Of a stretch of 64,000 nucleotides of DNA, positions 1 to 13,019 are shown in pieces. The first letter of the stretch is position 1. Each line of letters opens with the position of its first letter. The DNA is from Haplodiscus bocki. Its lineage: Eukaryota. The notes beneath the pieces are model-generated. The model worked only from the letters and a program-made list of their open reading frames with translations, did no database searches and was not told the origin of the DNA. The position numbers and the translations under genes were made by a program. The DNA lies in contig OZ296648.1 of assembly GCA_965655095.1 (NCBI GenBank), positions 37,138,001 to 37,202,000 on the forward strand. Reading direction: 5' to 3'.

Positions 1-400
1 ATTCGGAACAAATACCAAATCCGGACAAGAGACAGATTCGGACCAAAGATAAATTCAGCCCAAAATTTTAATACCTCTAGTGCTAATTAGCAGCGTTTAA
101 AAAATCTTTAACAATTGTACATAATCACAGTAATTATCGTGAATTAGAAGTGTAAATGAATACGAACCAAAATACCACACAAGCAATTTGATCTTCTCAT
201 TTTCAAAATTTTGGCATTCCCAATGCCCTAAAATCTACCCCAATATTTTTCGTTTTCTAATTTTTTCAAAATGCAATAAAGACAAGAAAAACAAGACACC
301 CAGCCACCACGCGGATATTTTACTCGTTCTAACTCCGTTAAAAGTGTGTTTACAAAAAAAAATGGTCCGAATTTGTCTTTGGTCCAAATTGTCGTAGAGC
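1..400. mobile_element. MITE-like element with subterminal ~17-18 bp repeats (left end outside window)
   Basis: Tandem ATTCGGA(A/C)CAAA-type units at 1-60 recur in inverted orientation at 362-400 (TGGTCCGAATTTGTCTTTGGTCCAAATTGTCGTAGAGCC). Confidence 0.55.
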
Positions 401-821
401 CTATCTTTTTTTTATTTCTATAGTTCTGCAAAAAAATGGTTAAAAAAGAAGCTCACTAGCGATTTAAAGATATCCGCAATGGGTTTAGCTTTTTGCTCGC
501 TTAGTGGATTTAACAATTGTTACTTTTGCTCGGAGCTTAATAACGATACCAAAGTAAATTTTCGAGTTTCCAGTCTTTTCGAAGCAGCTTCATTCGTCAT
601 TTTTACACGCACACAAGCCGGAAAACAATTTTCGCAATTTTTTTCACCGCTACAAATCGAGTTCCATTCAGATTCACGAAATTTATCAGTAGCAAAAGTG
701 CCCGATAGCTCAACGCGCATCACACCGACATATATGGGCACGGCATTTTCAGATACTGGATCACAGAAATTATCAATCCCCATATGGCTGAAGCATCTCT
801 TTGCAGCCCATTTAGACTAAC

Positions 822-1380
822 CTCAATAGAAGCAGGGCTACCAGATCTTCTTTCTCTCGCATGACACCCTGGCAACGAAATTTCCTCATCAAACAACACT
901 CGGCGCTTCTTGAGATCCGAATTTGTGGGAGATTTATCATTTTGCAAAAATCTTTTCATCACCATGGGCGACTTTGTTTTCATCTTGGGGCTCAAATATT
1001 CATTTTGCGTGGCCTCTTTACTTTCGATAAACTCTTTTTTGATTTTCAAAGGAGTAGCGTAACGGTTCTCAAAAGACACACTTATTTCATCATTGTCAAA
1101 ACTACATTTAGGCATCTTCCTATTATATTGCTCTTGAACCAAACTTTTGCCCATATTATGATAGTTCTCATCTTTGAATGATCCAAAATCAGCATCGTCG
1201 AATAACGAAGTCGACACTTTGACCGGTGCTTTTTTATTTGCTTGATTTACAGCATCACCAGAAGGTTTCTTTGGGAATTCTTCAGCAGCAAATTCAGACA
1301 TGAACCCTTGCAGTTCTCCCGCAGCTTCAAAGCCCCGAGTTCCTCGGTTTTCCACGTAATCAAAACCTCCCTCAATCGAC
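822..1380 (-). CDS. Same unidentified protein, second coding exon (3' boundary uncertain)
   Basis: 66-bp GT..AG intron 1381-1446 joins ORF 1398..2051 in frame to ORF 720..1355 (EVSK-R-SIEGGFDYVENR). Candidate donor GAG|GTTAGT at 821; the next exon was not resolved. Confidence 0.6.
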
Positions 1381-1446
1381 CTAAAATTTCAATCACATCA
1401 TCTACACGGCAACAAGCTTTCATCCAACTTAATCCTAACTATTAAC

Positions 1447-1922
1447 CTTTTCGACACCTCGGAATTTCCCAAAAGAAACGAGTCATCCGTATTATTGAAC
1501 TCCCCGAACTTAGCTTTTCCTTTTTTCTCCATTTCCAAGCCAAATTCGGCATCAGACCACTGATCTTTGATAGTACGGGGTCCTTTAGAAATTTCCTTGT
1601 CTTCGTCTTTATCACAGGCGTTTTTGGCATTGGAATGTTCTTCAGAGCGCTTGTTTCGTTCAAGAGTGATAGAATTCTCACAATCAGAGAATTCATCATT
1701 TCCCCCAAAATCAAAAGCCATAAAAGAAGACTTTGTAGATTTTTTGTTGGTATCATTGCTATTGACGTTCATATTGAAATCAACGCCCGCACTATCATCT
1801 TGATTGAAAAATTTAGATTGAGCACAATCCTCGTTTTCCCAGAAAGAGAACGAAGAAAATCTCTCTCCACTGGTCGAAGATTCATCGTGGTCATCTCCAA
1901 AATTAAAATCGAAAGTAGACAT
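1447..1922 (-). CDS. Unidentified low-complexity (S/D/E/F-rich) protein, probable first coding exon
   Basis: ATG at 1922 (MSTFDFNFGDD...) downstream of a cag acceptor near 1947; open to a phase-2 donor AG|GTTAAT at 1446. Confidence 0.65.
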
Positions 1923-3384
1923 TGATTTTGAAGCGTTGAAAATCCAACCTGAAGTATTATTTGTCAGAACTAGAAAATGAAATTCACTTAATCTCCCAAG
2001 ACACATTTTGGAAAATACCTTCAGCAGAAAGCAATAAAATTTTTCAATCACTGCCTCTCTTATTCGAACACCCTTTCAGATATGGGATTTCGAAGGGCAA
2101 AAAAACAGTACCACACGGCACCCTGCATGGTTCCATAGTGTGAAAGAGAAGTCACCCTCCAAAGCGTTTTCACACATCATTTTCTCTGAACGCATCAGAT
2201 ATTTCAGTAAGAAAAGTTTTTTTTTCAGAATATTACCTTGCTTACATCCGTTTTTATGAAATTTTGCGATATTTTTTTCAGAAGTTCGAAATCAGTTTTC
2301 CAGTTTTTAGTGATATTTCATTAAATTTAGGTTTGTCAATTTATTGACTGTTTACAAACCGATTATCCATAATTTTTGTTTTCAAAGGAATCCCTCGACT
2401 TTATCGAAGTCGATGATAAATTAATATTACAAAAAATTAAGGAAATGCAAAATATAAGCGTTCGGTGTCGAAATTTTTAAGCTATTTCCTCAAAACATCA
2501 ATTTACCAAAGTAAGAGAGCGATATGAGCATCCTGAAATCTAACTCTCGGAAATTCTTTGAACCTGAAGCCAGCTGACTCAAAAATGCCAGGACTTGAAA
2601 AATGAGCAAAAATAATTACCATCTTTTCACACACTCATGTATAAAATTGTCAAAACGATATCACTAAATTGTTAATCAACACTGCCTTCAATTATTAAAC
2701 CATTCAAAGTTATTTGTGAAAACAAAATAATTTATAAAATTTCAACAAAACACTACCGATTGTTTTGAAGTTAGATGGCACTGAAAACATTAATGGAGAC
2801 ATCAACTTAGGCATAAAAGTTTCTGGGAAGCCATTTGGAACACATACAACTGAAAAGATGAACGATATCTTGAAAAATAAAGACCTTTATTCCTGAGAAA
2901 TTGGACCCCTTCAATTATATCGTGCATGTTTGAGGCTAACTTTGGGCTCAAATGAGTGTTAACAGAGGCAATTGAAAGAGAGACCAATTTCACAAAAGTG
3001 TTTGTAAAATTTCGGACCAATATTACAGAATTTGGAATTTTCTACTACCTCTCATTTGGATCAAAGTTTCTATCTGAAAACAATACTTTTCCCGGTAGTT
3101 TCAGGCACAATTGTTATTATCATTAAAACTATCAAATGCTTTGAAAAGATTTATTTTCAATGAAAAAGCCTTCATTTCAATTTTCCTCAAAGATCCGAGC
3201 GGAAATTTTAGATATATAAAATCTACTCGGTTACTTACAACTTGAGTTCACATTATTATTTTGCACCTATATTTATAATATGGAAAAAAACCATCCAATC
3301 AAAGCGGTAAGTTTTTTTACGTTTACTTGCCAATTGTCCGGGCAGAATGCCCAGAGTCTGAATTTGGAAATTTTCTTTCGCCAA

Positions 3385-3690
3385 ATTGTAGCAAATTTGC
3401 CGTAGAATGCGACTGCAATAGTAAGATTTCTCAAATACGCAAGAAATTTTTTTGAAAAAAAAGTTGGAATTTTCTTTTAAAACCTTTTTTTTTCAAAATT
3501 GGTAATGGTGGCAAATTTGCCGTAGAATGCGTATCAAATGATATTATTTCTTGAAAATGTCTTTTCCACCTTAATTGATAGATTTTTTGCAAAATTTTAA
3601 CTTTGGAAAAATTACAAAATTTGATGAGTATTTTTTGAAGAAAAACGCTTCAATGCTTCCAAAAGGCATCAACGAAATAGGCCGGTGGCA
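3385..3690 (+). repeat. Interspersed repeat family A (also 56165-56450 and its 3' part at 49830-49930)
   Basis: Shared GGTGGCAAATTTGC(C/T)GTAGAATGCGTATCAA, GTAAGATTTCTCA and AAAAACGCTT..AAAAGGCATC blocks among the three loci. Confidence 0.7.
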
Positions 3691-4944
3691 GCCTCATGTA
3701 CGGAGGTTTCAGTTGCACAGAGGGCTCATTTTTGAGTTAATCGTACACTAAAAGCAGGGGAAAGCCGCACGTTGGTGAGCCACCAACGGCCATAACCCGC
3801 TCCAAAAATATTAGAGGTTTTCAGCATAGAAAAGATCAATTCCGATCAGCTGCATAATTCGCAGTTTCATTTGGTCTATTAAATGCAAAAAGATCGATTC
3901 ATAAACGTCCACATTCCAACTGAAACATTTGAAATTTACATTCGAGTCATTCAAAGCATTAGTTTGATCAATATTTATACACATCAATGCCCTCTATATG
4001 TGTAGGTATTATAAACTACTGAAAAAACATGAGAAATCAATCTACATCCGCTACTTTTGAAGCGCATTTTCATTTCGTGTCAGAAAGGTAATTGAGTTTG
4101 AAAGGCAATTTTCAAACAATTTCCTTTGCATAATCGATAACTCTTTCCCTACGTTCCAAAAAGCAATTGAGCATGAGAAAACTTGCGGGCTCTTGCATCT
4201 ACAATATGCATGCACATACATGATCCTATTCACGGCGTGTAATGGTTAACACTAGCATTAATAACGAAAATAAAACGTTACATGGCATATTGCAACAGGT
4301 TATTTTTTTGACATGAATATCAATGGTGAATGTATAAAACATAGGACTGTCGCGTTATAACTAACGCTTAAACAAATGTATTATATTTCTTAAATACGTG
4401 CAGTAAGCTATTAAATAGGAAATGACTAATGTTCAACAAGAGAACTGCAGACGTTATTGACTAACCTGGGAGCTTGGCTGGAATAACTGTACGCATAGCA
4501 AAGAATAAATATGCAGTATAAAAGAAAGATGAAGGATTGGAATTGCACAAAAGGAAGGATAAGGAAAATTTCTAAATGCGTTGGAATGTGGTTCAACGCG
4601 ATTGGCTCAATATTCAAATCTAGACATGCACCATGCTTGCATGATCACGTGACTAGTCTCTTCATGCTTAAACATTTTTTATCATTTCAACCTTTACCTA
4701 AAATTTTGCTTTCTTTTAAACAATTAAAAATTAAATTGTAAACCTTATATTCTCTTTTGATGCTTTTTACTTCGGTTATTTACACTACTATTAGTTGACG
4801 AGTATAACCACTAATGGAGTTTTTTTTCTGTCAAATGGGGTGAGTTGTATCAATGCGCTACCGTTTAATTTATTTATTTTTCCTAAAGGAGATTATCCAG
4901 GGAAATTGACTCAGAGAGAAATAACATCCGAAGAGGAAGGTATA

Positions 4945-5362
4945 GCTGGGTATAAATACCCCGCACACTCTCATTCTTCAGAGCCGCTGCCTACAGTCAA
5001 CTGGTCTATTTCCCCGAGGCGAAACTCTCTTTCACTTTCATCTCATCATAATTCTGGAATTCAATCCTAACTCCAAAATTATTCCAAGACAATCTCAAAA
5101 TTTGTCTTAGCCAAAATTCCTCATCGCTTCAACGGAATTGGTCTTGGCCGCAAACTCTGCTCTACAGAGCCAACCTACTCGCTCTCGGTTTCTCACCAAA
5201 TGATCCTATTGGCTCTCGCTCAAAACTGAAAGAACCCGTAACCATTCGGGTATAAATACCCAGTGCGCAACCATAATATTCATTCGCTTGCTACCATCAA
5301 CTACCCTACTTCCCCGAGGCGAAACTCTCTTCCACCTACCTCTCACTCATATCCTGGAAATA
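4945..5362 (+). repeat. Two ~115-bp direct repeats 300 bp apart, each with a TATA-containing near-palindrome
   Basis: GGGTATAAATACCC at 4948 and 5248; TTCCCCGAGGCGAAACTCTCTT at 5010 and 5310. Confidence 0.8.
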
Positions 5363-5375
5363 TTAAGACTTTCCA

Positions 5376-5670
5376 GCCAGCAAAAGCAATCTACAGCAGC
5401 AACCAGCAATAGCAACCAACAGCAGCAACCAGCAATAGCAACCAACAGCAGCAACGAGCAATCATCCAGCAAGCAGTATCCCAGCAGCAAGCAGTATTCC
5501 AGCCGCAACCAGCAATCATCCAGCAACCAGCAGCAGCATCCAACAGCAGCAATCAACAGCAGCAATCAACAACCACAACCAGCAGCAACAACCAGCTTTC
5601 GTCCTACCAGCAGTACCTACACGATCAACACCGGCATCTATATTCCAGCTTCGACAACAGCAGCAGCAAT
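5376..5670. repeat. Degenerate (CAG/CAA)n microsatellite
   Basis: Runs of cagcagcaa/caaccagca, followed by a very AT-rich tract at 5690-5990. Confidence 0.9.
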
Positions 5671-8291
5671 CGTGGATGTGGATCGTCTTTAATCTTAATA
5701 TTTTATAATTTATGATTTATTGGAACTAAATTTGCATAGTCCAATTTTTTGTAATTTTGATAATTCAATTTAATTGGGCTAAAATAAAGGAGTCCAATTT
5801 TTACCCATGATTTTATAGATTCTTAATTTAATTCAATTCTATAAATTCAACGTTTATATTTAATTTTATAAATTCAGTTCAGACTAAATTAAACTAGTCT
5901 AAATTAGTGTGATGTTATTTGTACTTTCACTCCTAAAGTGAAATTAATTTAACGTTATTTAATTTTCAATTTTTATAAATTCTAACAATTTGTGGCATTC
6001 CCTCTTAACCCATCTTTGAAATTCCTGACTTCTTGCTGAAAAAATCCTTCGTTTCAAATTCAAGATGTTGCTGGTTAATTAACTAAATTTTTATACAGTT
6101 TGCTAAAGCTAGAATTGTGTTGAATGAAGGAGAAAGCAGAATATATAGAACAACTGAACGGCATAAATTTAAAGACCATATGGCAATCTCCCCTACGCTG
6201 TCCCACGTTTACAGCCTCAGACAGAGCTGAGTAATTTCCCCTTACGTACGTGCAGTCATTTTCCTTTTCCACAATTCAACATATTGGAATACCTTCACTG
6301 ATAATTTAACTTTCCTTTGTATTATTCTCCACTATAGCTCACAAGTCCTTGCTTGAATTCACGCAATCCCTTTGTTCGCACGGTTAAGCAAGGCACACTA
6401 TTGAGACTTACAAATAATAGCCGTCGCTACAACGCAGCACTGCTGACTGAGTCAACCGTCAGCACAACTAAGTAAATATTAGATTTGCAATACCACTACC
6501 ACGTGCGACAGGACTTTGGTCAATACCCTATCGCAGACAGCTGTTTGCAATCAATTAAGTTCATCTGCACTAAATGCATTGCCTCGTTAATGCCCGCCCC
6601 TTCTCGAGCAGGGAGATAACACGGTAGATCGATAATACAAACTTAAGATTGACAGTACAGTTGTGATGAAAAAAAACCCTTTTTTCAAACTGAAGGTTGG
6701 AACGATACGTAGTTGCGTAATACTCAAAAATCGCAAGATACGGTCAAAATAAAAGTTTAAAACTTTATCTAGTTTACATAGGTGTGTATTTGATCCTTCT
6801 AGGATCATTATTATAGAAGTTAGATTTTGTATCGATATGCATTAAGATGGGAGTTTAATTTTGCATCAGCATTTTCGATGTTGTAAGTACCGTCTACTCG
6901 CTTTTTGTTTACATTTTTTATTCTATCAAGGGTCCTAGGTTTTATCACACTACTGTAGACCTCTGATTTCCTATAAATTATGGCTTTAAAATAGATTTTT
7001 TTTTAAAAAAAGGATGGCTCCCGGAATAAAACTGCGAGTACTTATCTATTATATCGATCCAATGTTTTTCAAACAAAAATCATTGAATCAAAATAAGAAG
7101 CTTTTGTTCCTGAAACTTCCTTGTAAGTCGTTTGCTAGATTTTTAGACATTCAGCTGTCCCATTTCTTTTTCACAGCTTTATGGTCCATTTCTTTATCAC
7201 AGTATTGAATGTTCGAGCCGTGAATAAAGGAAACCCAATTCCAAGCACCGAATCTCAATGGAGTGTCATGAATGATCTTCACTTAGTCTCAGAAAAGGTG
7301 ATTTTTGCGCAAAAATTCCTCAAATTGCGCAAAAAGGACCCTAAAATATTTAATGCGTTCGTTTTGAATTTTCTGTTATGCAGCGTAATATCGGAGAGTT
7401 AACACTCTTAGCTTCTTGAGTTAAGAAAAGGGTGGCGCTATTCAAAGACAGATAAAATCATACAAATGACATTGGTTTGAAGAAATTTCATCCAAAAATG
7501 ATCTTAGAGCGCGACAATTTAACTTCCTATAAATCCAACTCCGATTCTCAGTGTATGTGTTCGAAATGATAAATGCTAAGCCAACCAAGCTGCATGAATA
7601 TTACTTGGAAGGTTCGTTGGATTAATCAGCTGCTGAGGCTCAATTGCATTTCTCAATCATTGAATGCATTGGGGGAGGGCAAAGCACGTGGTTGGTTGAC
7701 CGACTGAACGCTGAAACACTCTTTTTTTGAGGCCATGTCAACATTTTGTCCACGAACAACTCAATTACCTCCAAAATGCATTTGAGAAGATACCTGTACA
7801 ATCCATACAGTTTTACTTTATGGTAGGCATAGTGCGCAGTAGTTGGCATTAATTGTCAAGTGCTAGGCAGGAAAGATGAAATTGAAATATCAAAGAGGAC
7901 ACAACGGGAGCATGAACAACATACAGTAGATTGAAACTGGTCCAAAATCAACATCATGTCATTTCTGCCTGCTCAAGTGAACAAAATTGTATTTCTAATG
8001 CACTTTGTATCTAGAGCAGCTGGCCTAGAAAATTGATGAGCGGTGTTGCTGTTACAGAGGAGGGGGGAGAAAGAAGATCAAGAGGACCAGGGAGGTAGCG
8101 GTAAGTTTGCCAACGACTGCATAAAACATTCACCCAAAACTATTTAACGTCCCAAACTGATGGGTGACAATTAATGGACAAGAAGAATGAGAATTTACTG
8201 AGAAATTTCAATAAAAAGTATAATAATAATTTGAATGTTTTAAACACCGATGATGAACACATAAATAGATCTATTGTTGACAACAACGACA

Positions 8292-8523
8292 TCAAACGTC
8301 TGATTCTGTTCCCTGAACAGGAGCCGAAGATCCCGTGGCATGTTCTGCTCCCGGGTCAGCGTTCATGAATCTTGGGCTCAATCCCTGTTTCACTCTGTCG
8401 AGAGTTACTGCCGAATAAAAATTAGAAGGTGATCCATCTTCAGAAACGTTGACAGCTTTGAAGTCATTCAAAAGTGAATCTGAATCGATGTCGTCGAAGT
8501 CTTGATCTCCATAAATAGGGCCA
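8292..8523 (-). CDS. VAC14: VAC14 inferred terminal coding exon (..NGPIYGDQDFDDIDSDSLLNDFKAVN...QGTESDV*)
   Basis: Strong T-run+CAG acceptor at 8524-8536; phase 2 matches the donor AA|GTGCGT at 46468. 77 open codons to TGA at 8292. IDSDSLLNDFKAV resembles the conserved VAC14 C-terminal helix (IDYAELLQHFEKV in human, from memory), which is otherwise missing from exon 46469-46718. Confidence 0.7.
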
Positions 8524-9889
8524 CTGAAAAAAAAAACAGATCCTCAAATAAAAGTTACACTAGAGTCAAATACCCTAGCATAAAGCATAAATTTCACAAC
8601 AATCGTCATAACTTTTTACACGCTAAACAGTACAGAAAGCAACGATTTCTCCATTTTCCACAAAGTTAAACGTTCAAACCTGAAGTAATTTCTGGATTTT
8701 TAGGACGCAGCTTCAAGAAACATTTCTAGATATGGAGGAAAAATCCTTCATTCAATAGGGCCGTTTTTTTTCAGACAAGTTTTATCAATTTATAAATTTA
8801 AATATACATCGGCAGAGGGGCTAGGAAGACTAAGAGTGTCAAGCAGTAGGTCCGGGTTCAAATCTCTACCTTGCCATATAGGTATATGTTTTCGCTGAAA
8901 TCTGAAACTTGTTAGAAATTCCCATAGCACAAGTGGGTAGGACAACAAGGTTCTGAAGCGCTGCATATGCGTTTGAATCTCAGCATTATTTCAATGCACT
9001 TTTCACTTCATTATTACGATTTTGAGGTCTGTTTTTTTTACTCCCATCAAAACTATAAATCTCTGCACCAATTTTTTGAACCTGCCGGAAAAAAAAACGG
9101 GTCAAAACATAATCTTCTCAATTTCTGTCCGAAAAAAGTTAACTGACAAATTAACTAATTCAGTAATGTAGTGTTTTCTTTTTCCAGAATGTGCCATAGT
9201 GACACAGACTTCGTGTTGCAGAATTCCAGCAATAAAGATGAAGTGTCGCCGCAATTAGGTATTCTATAGGTGGCGGGATCGAACCCTTTTACAAGCCGGG
9301 TTTTTTTCAAAAAGAATACTTTTTGTCCCAAACCCATCCTTTGCCATACTTCAGGGCGTATTGACAAATTAGCTTGTTTTCCAGAGGGTCTCCCTTTTTC
9401 CACCTTAGGGAAACAACGCAACGCTTTTCAAACTTTGGAAAAAAGGACCGCCCGATAATTTTCGAGGTTCGAAAACAATATGTTCATTATGAAAAGTGAG
9501 TTCCGCTTGAAAAATTTGAAGTTCTTCCTGAAACACCCCTTTTCGAGTATTTACAATTTCATTTATCTGGGCACCAAATATTAAATTCAAAAATTTCGCT
9601 TGGATCACGTCGTTGCGTAGTCCCTAAAGTGACACAAGTCTTGAAAAACATTGGATATATAGTATATGGTATACATTCAAAGTATATGGCATTCAAAGTC
9701 GCCTTCTCAAAAACTACCAATTGGACTTGTTCCATCAATGTCTCAAGCAACAATTTTATAACTGTACAAGATCCTTGACTAGTTCAGTTTGAACACCTAG
9801 CATCTGAAGGATCGCATTCGCTAAAAACCGCAGTCATGCTTTGCAAAATTCAAGAACTTTCTTTGAAAAACTACCGGCTGATTTTCAGT

Positions 9890-11330
9890 CGAAATTGCCT
9901 CAATCGACTGTTGTCAACATGTAACGGAGTAATCAATGAAAAGCCTCCGGGATTTCGACCTTTGCAACTGAAACTACTTTCTCCGAAATTGGAAAAAACT
10001 CAATTTAGGCATGACTATTCTTGATATGAAAACTGATTGGCCTTTAGAACGATCAGCTGAAATTCCTCCATCTAGGTCTAAACCGACAGTATTATAGTGG
10101 TAGAACCTTGTTCGAAAACCTTATCTTCAGTTAAGCTCCTTCCATCGGCAACCTTACGGACCGAAATTGCCTAGAGGGAAGATTCTCCGAAGCTACAGGC
10201 TGCATTTCTTCAATCAGGGTGTCAATCGACACATTCAGAGCGAACAAACTCTATTTAATCACCCTTCAATGCATTTCCATCCTAGAGACTGAAACCTGAC
10301 TGGCCGAAATTGTCTAGTCTAAAGTCTCATAAATGTATGAATCTTTTTTATATACAAACTCATTTTCCTAAAATACCGGCTGCAATTCTTACATCAAGGT
10401 CTCCAACAATACTCATTTTGAAACATTTATTCACAAACGTTATTTTCGATTACGGTTCTTGCATCGGTAACTTTATGGTACGAAATAGCCAAAAAGTGCA
10501 TACAGGTATGATTTCTCTAGGAATTGAACAATAATTTCCTCCAAAACTAGCGGCCGCATTTCTTGCAACGATGTCGCAGTCGACACTTCATCATCTAAAA
10601 AGACAATCGACTGAGAAATATTGCGTTTGGATTCTCGGAACGTAAACCTGATAGGCAGAAAATGCCAATACTTGAATATTTTTGTGATTCGTTTTCATAA
10701 TCAACATCGACTCTTGAAAAATGACTGGTTTTCAGGTTCAAGCTCTCGATAAACTTTTATTTGTAAAACATCAATGAATGATGATATGTTGGAATTATTT
10801 CCTTGCACTGCAAACTTCATGAGCCGAAAAAGTCATTTTTTCCCTAAAAATCAAACCTGGTTTTCATATCTTCTTGTTAAATTTCATCAATCAAATCATC
10901 AATCGACATTTCTCTACGCGTAAAAGATTAATCCAACGCCAAATAATCGGTTTTTTTACAACGGATACACGATTCATGGAAGATGCGATTTCGTTGATTT
11001 AATTTTCACATCTTGGTGTTCCATCTGCTGAAAGAAAACCAGACAGGCCACAATAGGCACAGTTTTCAAACTTGTATGATGCTTCTTTAGAATGATACTA
11101 ATTTGTTCCCCAAAATAACCGACTGTTTTCTTTTCAACAAGGTGTCAACAAACAAGTTTTCGTTTGTACGCAATTTTCAGGGAAAAAATCTCGTTTGATG
11201 CTTCAAATAGAATATTGATTGGCTCAGAAGGCCAAAATTCGTATGGTTCTCCCTGAGGTTGCAATTTATCTCCAGAGCTACCGTCTGGAGTCATTCATTG
11301 AGGTCTCAGTCGACGATTTTCTACATTTAA
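9890..11330 (+). repeat. Highly degenerate ~170-bp tandem repeat (family B)
   Basis: CAAGGTGTCAATCGACA-like core recurs near 10072, 10216, 10395, 10568, 10739, 10898, 11138 and 11300. Confidence 0.55.
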
Positions 11331-13019
11331 TCGATAAACAAATTGAAAATATTTTCCCTACATTGGTACAACCAAAGGCTGAAAACGTGAAAACGGCAAG
11401 GAATGGGATTTTTATTCGTTCTACTCTAGTCAATCTCATTTTCCTCGAAAAATTACTTTTCAAGTAGACAGTTTCGTATTTTCAGAAAATAACTTGAAAA
11501 AATTAAGTCTTTGCACTTTGCTCCAAAGTCCTGAAAAATTTTGCCCCGATTTTGCCGAGAAATGCCGAAAGCAAGAAATCGCGCTGCGACTGGACGCAAA
11601 AGATTAAAACGAGCGCTTCGAAAAAATACAAGTTACAGACATATCTCACATTAAAGTCGCTAATCGCAAAAACTGCTGGAAAACAACCATTTATGCTGGT
11701 TATAGCAGCAACTTGTAGCTCATCCCATACTTTTTATAAGATAAGTAAAAGCTTGCAACCAGTGGTCGAAAGCCTCACAACTGTCAACACTGAAAAATTG
11801 TAAAAAGAAATTGTACTTTTTCTGGAACACCTCATACAGAAAAATCAGTGAACAATTGATCGAATTTCTAGGCCATGAATTAGGCGTTTCATTCACAATT
11901 ATTGTACATAAATTAACCCAGTTCCCGACAATGCTGAGAAAACTCGGAATCTCCATACATTCCGTGTTTTTTTCCATTGATAGCTCCCAAAAAAAAGTGA
12001 GAGCCGAAACTAATATGAATGGTGGAACATAATTTTTTTAAACAATGATTCACATTCATACTAGGTACTGGGTGACTCACAGATTCTGGGAGCGCGTAGA
12101 AAAAGCATTTTTTGTCAAAGAACTCAAAGAAAATTCCAAGAAATTTGGAAGTAAAATTTACCAACATAATCCAGACACGCAAAACGCATTGCGAATTATG
12201 GTGAACATCGCAATTTGCCCACTCCAGGTATTTGGACGCAATATGGGAGCCTGGGAGGCCCTAGAAGTGACAATATTGAACCTGTGATAACTACAAGAAG
12301 ACTCTGTTCGCAACAACGCACTGTTCTTCGTCGAAAACAGCAAATTTTGGAACTCAAAAAAAATTAGTGCAAGTAGAACAATTTTGCCAAGAGCTTTTCG
12401 CATGATTGGCAAGACTGCCGGCGTGTCAAATGATGTAAGAAAACTAACGTTAAAGATGTGGCAAAAGCCGAGACAAAAATTGAAAAATTTCGTTCATTTT
12501 GTCGAACAGTTCCTGAAAAAAGGCTGTCAAAAAAAGATCGATCCAAAATGCTTCATTCAATGGTCCGTCAACGATTAGCGCAAAAATATTTCCATTTCCG
12601 CATTTCTAAGGTTCCTGCAGAGACAAAAGTCAAAAATATAGCACTTGCCCTCCAAAAAATCCGAAAACCTCAAGTTTTGTCGCCTATTACGCGCTAAAAA
12701 AAGTGAGAGCCGAGAGTTTGGGATGACAGATCGCTAACACATAGTTGTGTTTTTTCAACCCAATCAGAAAAACGCAATCAAAAGGTGCCTAGATATTTCG
12801 TTTTCTAGGAAAAAACGCAGGGAAGTTAAGTGACAGGAAAAAAACGACACTCATTTGAGGTGTTGATGGCGGAGAAAAAATGGGCTTCGCTCAGCTCGCT
12901 GTAACCTAGTCGGAACGAGCGTTGCAATCGGGCTTCGAGTGAACAGGCCCAGAAAAACAGAGCTCCAAACGTTGTGAAGAAAAGGCTGGCTTCTACAGCA
13001 CCCAAACATGTACACTTCG

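Noticed and set aside
188-431. Short ORFs at the window start as further exons of the left gene
   Set aside because: They lie within an inverted-repeat element, and no phase-consistent splice path from exon 822-1380 was established.
5005-5035. Hammerhead or HDV-like ribozyme suggested by GGCGAAAC
   Set aside because: No CUGANGA core or nested pseudoknot pairing could be identified by eye.
5288-5692. 134-aa poly-Q/S ORF and antisense 72-aa poly-L/C ORF
   Set aside because: By-products of the CAG/CAA microsatellite; no ATG start or splice context.
8808-8876. tRNA-like sequence (A-box-like GGCAGAGGGG, B-box-like GGTTCAAATC, ending GCCA)
   Set aside because: Cannot form a convincing cloverleaf; at most a decayed tRNA-derived SINE head.
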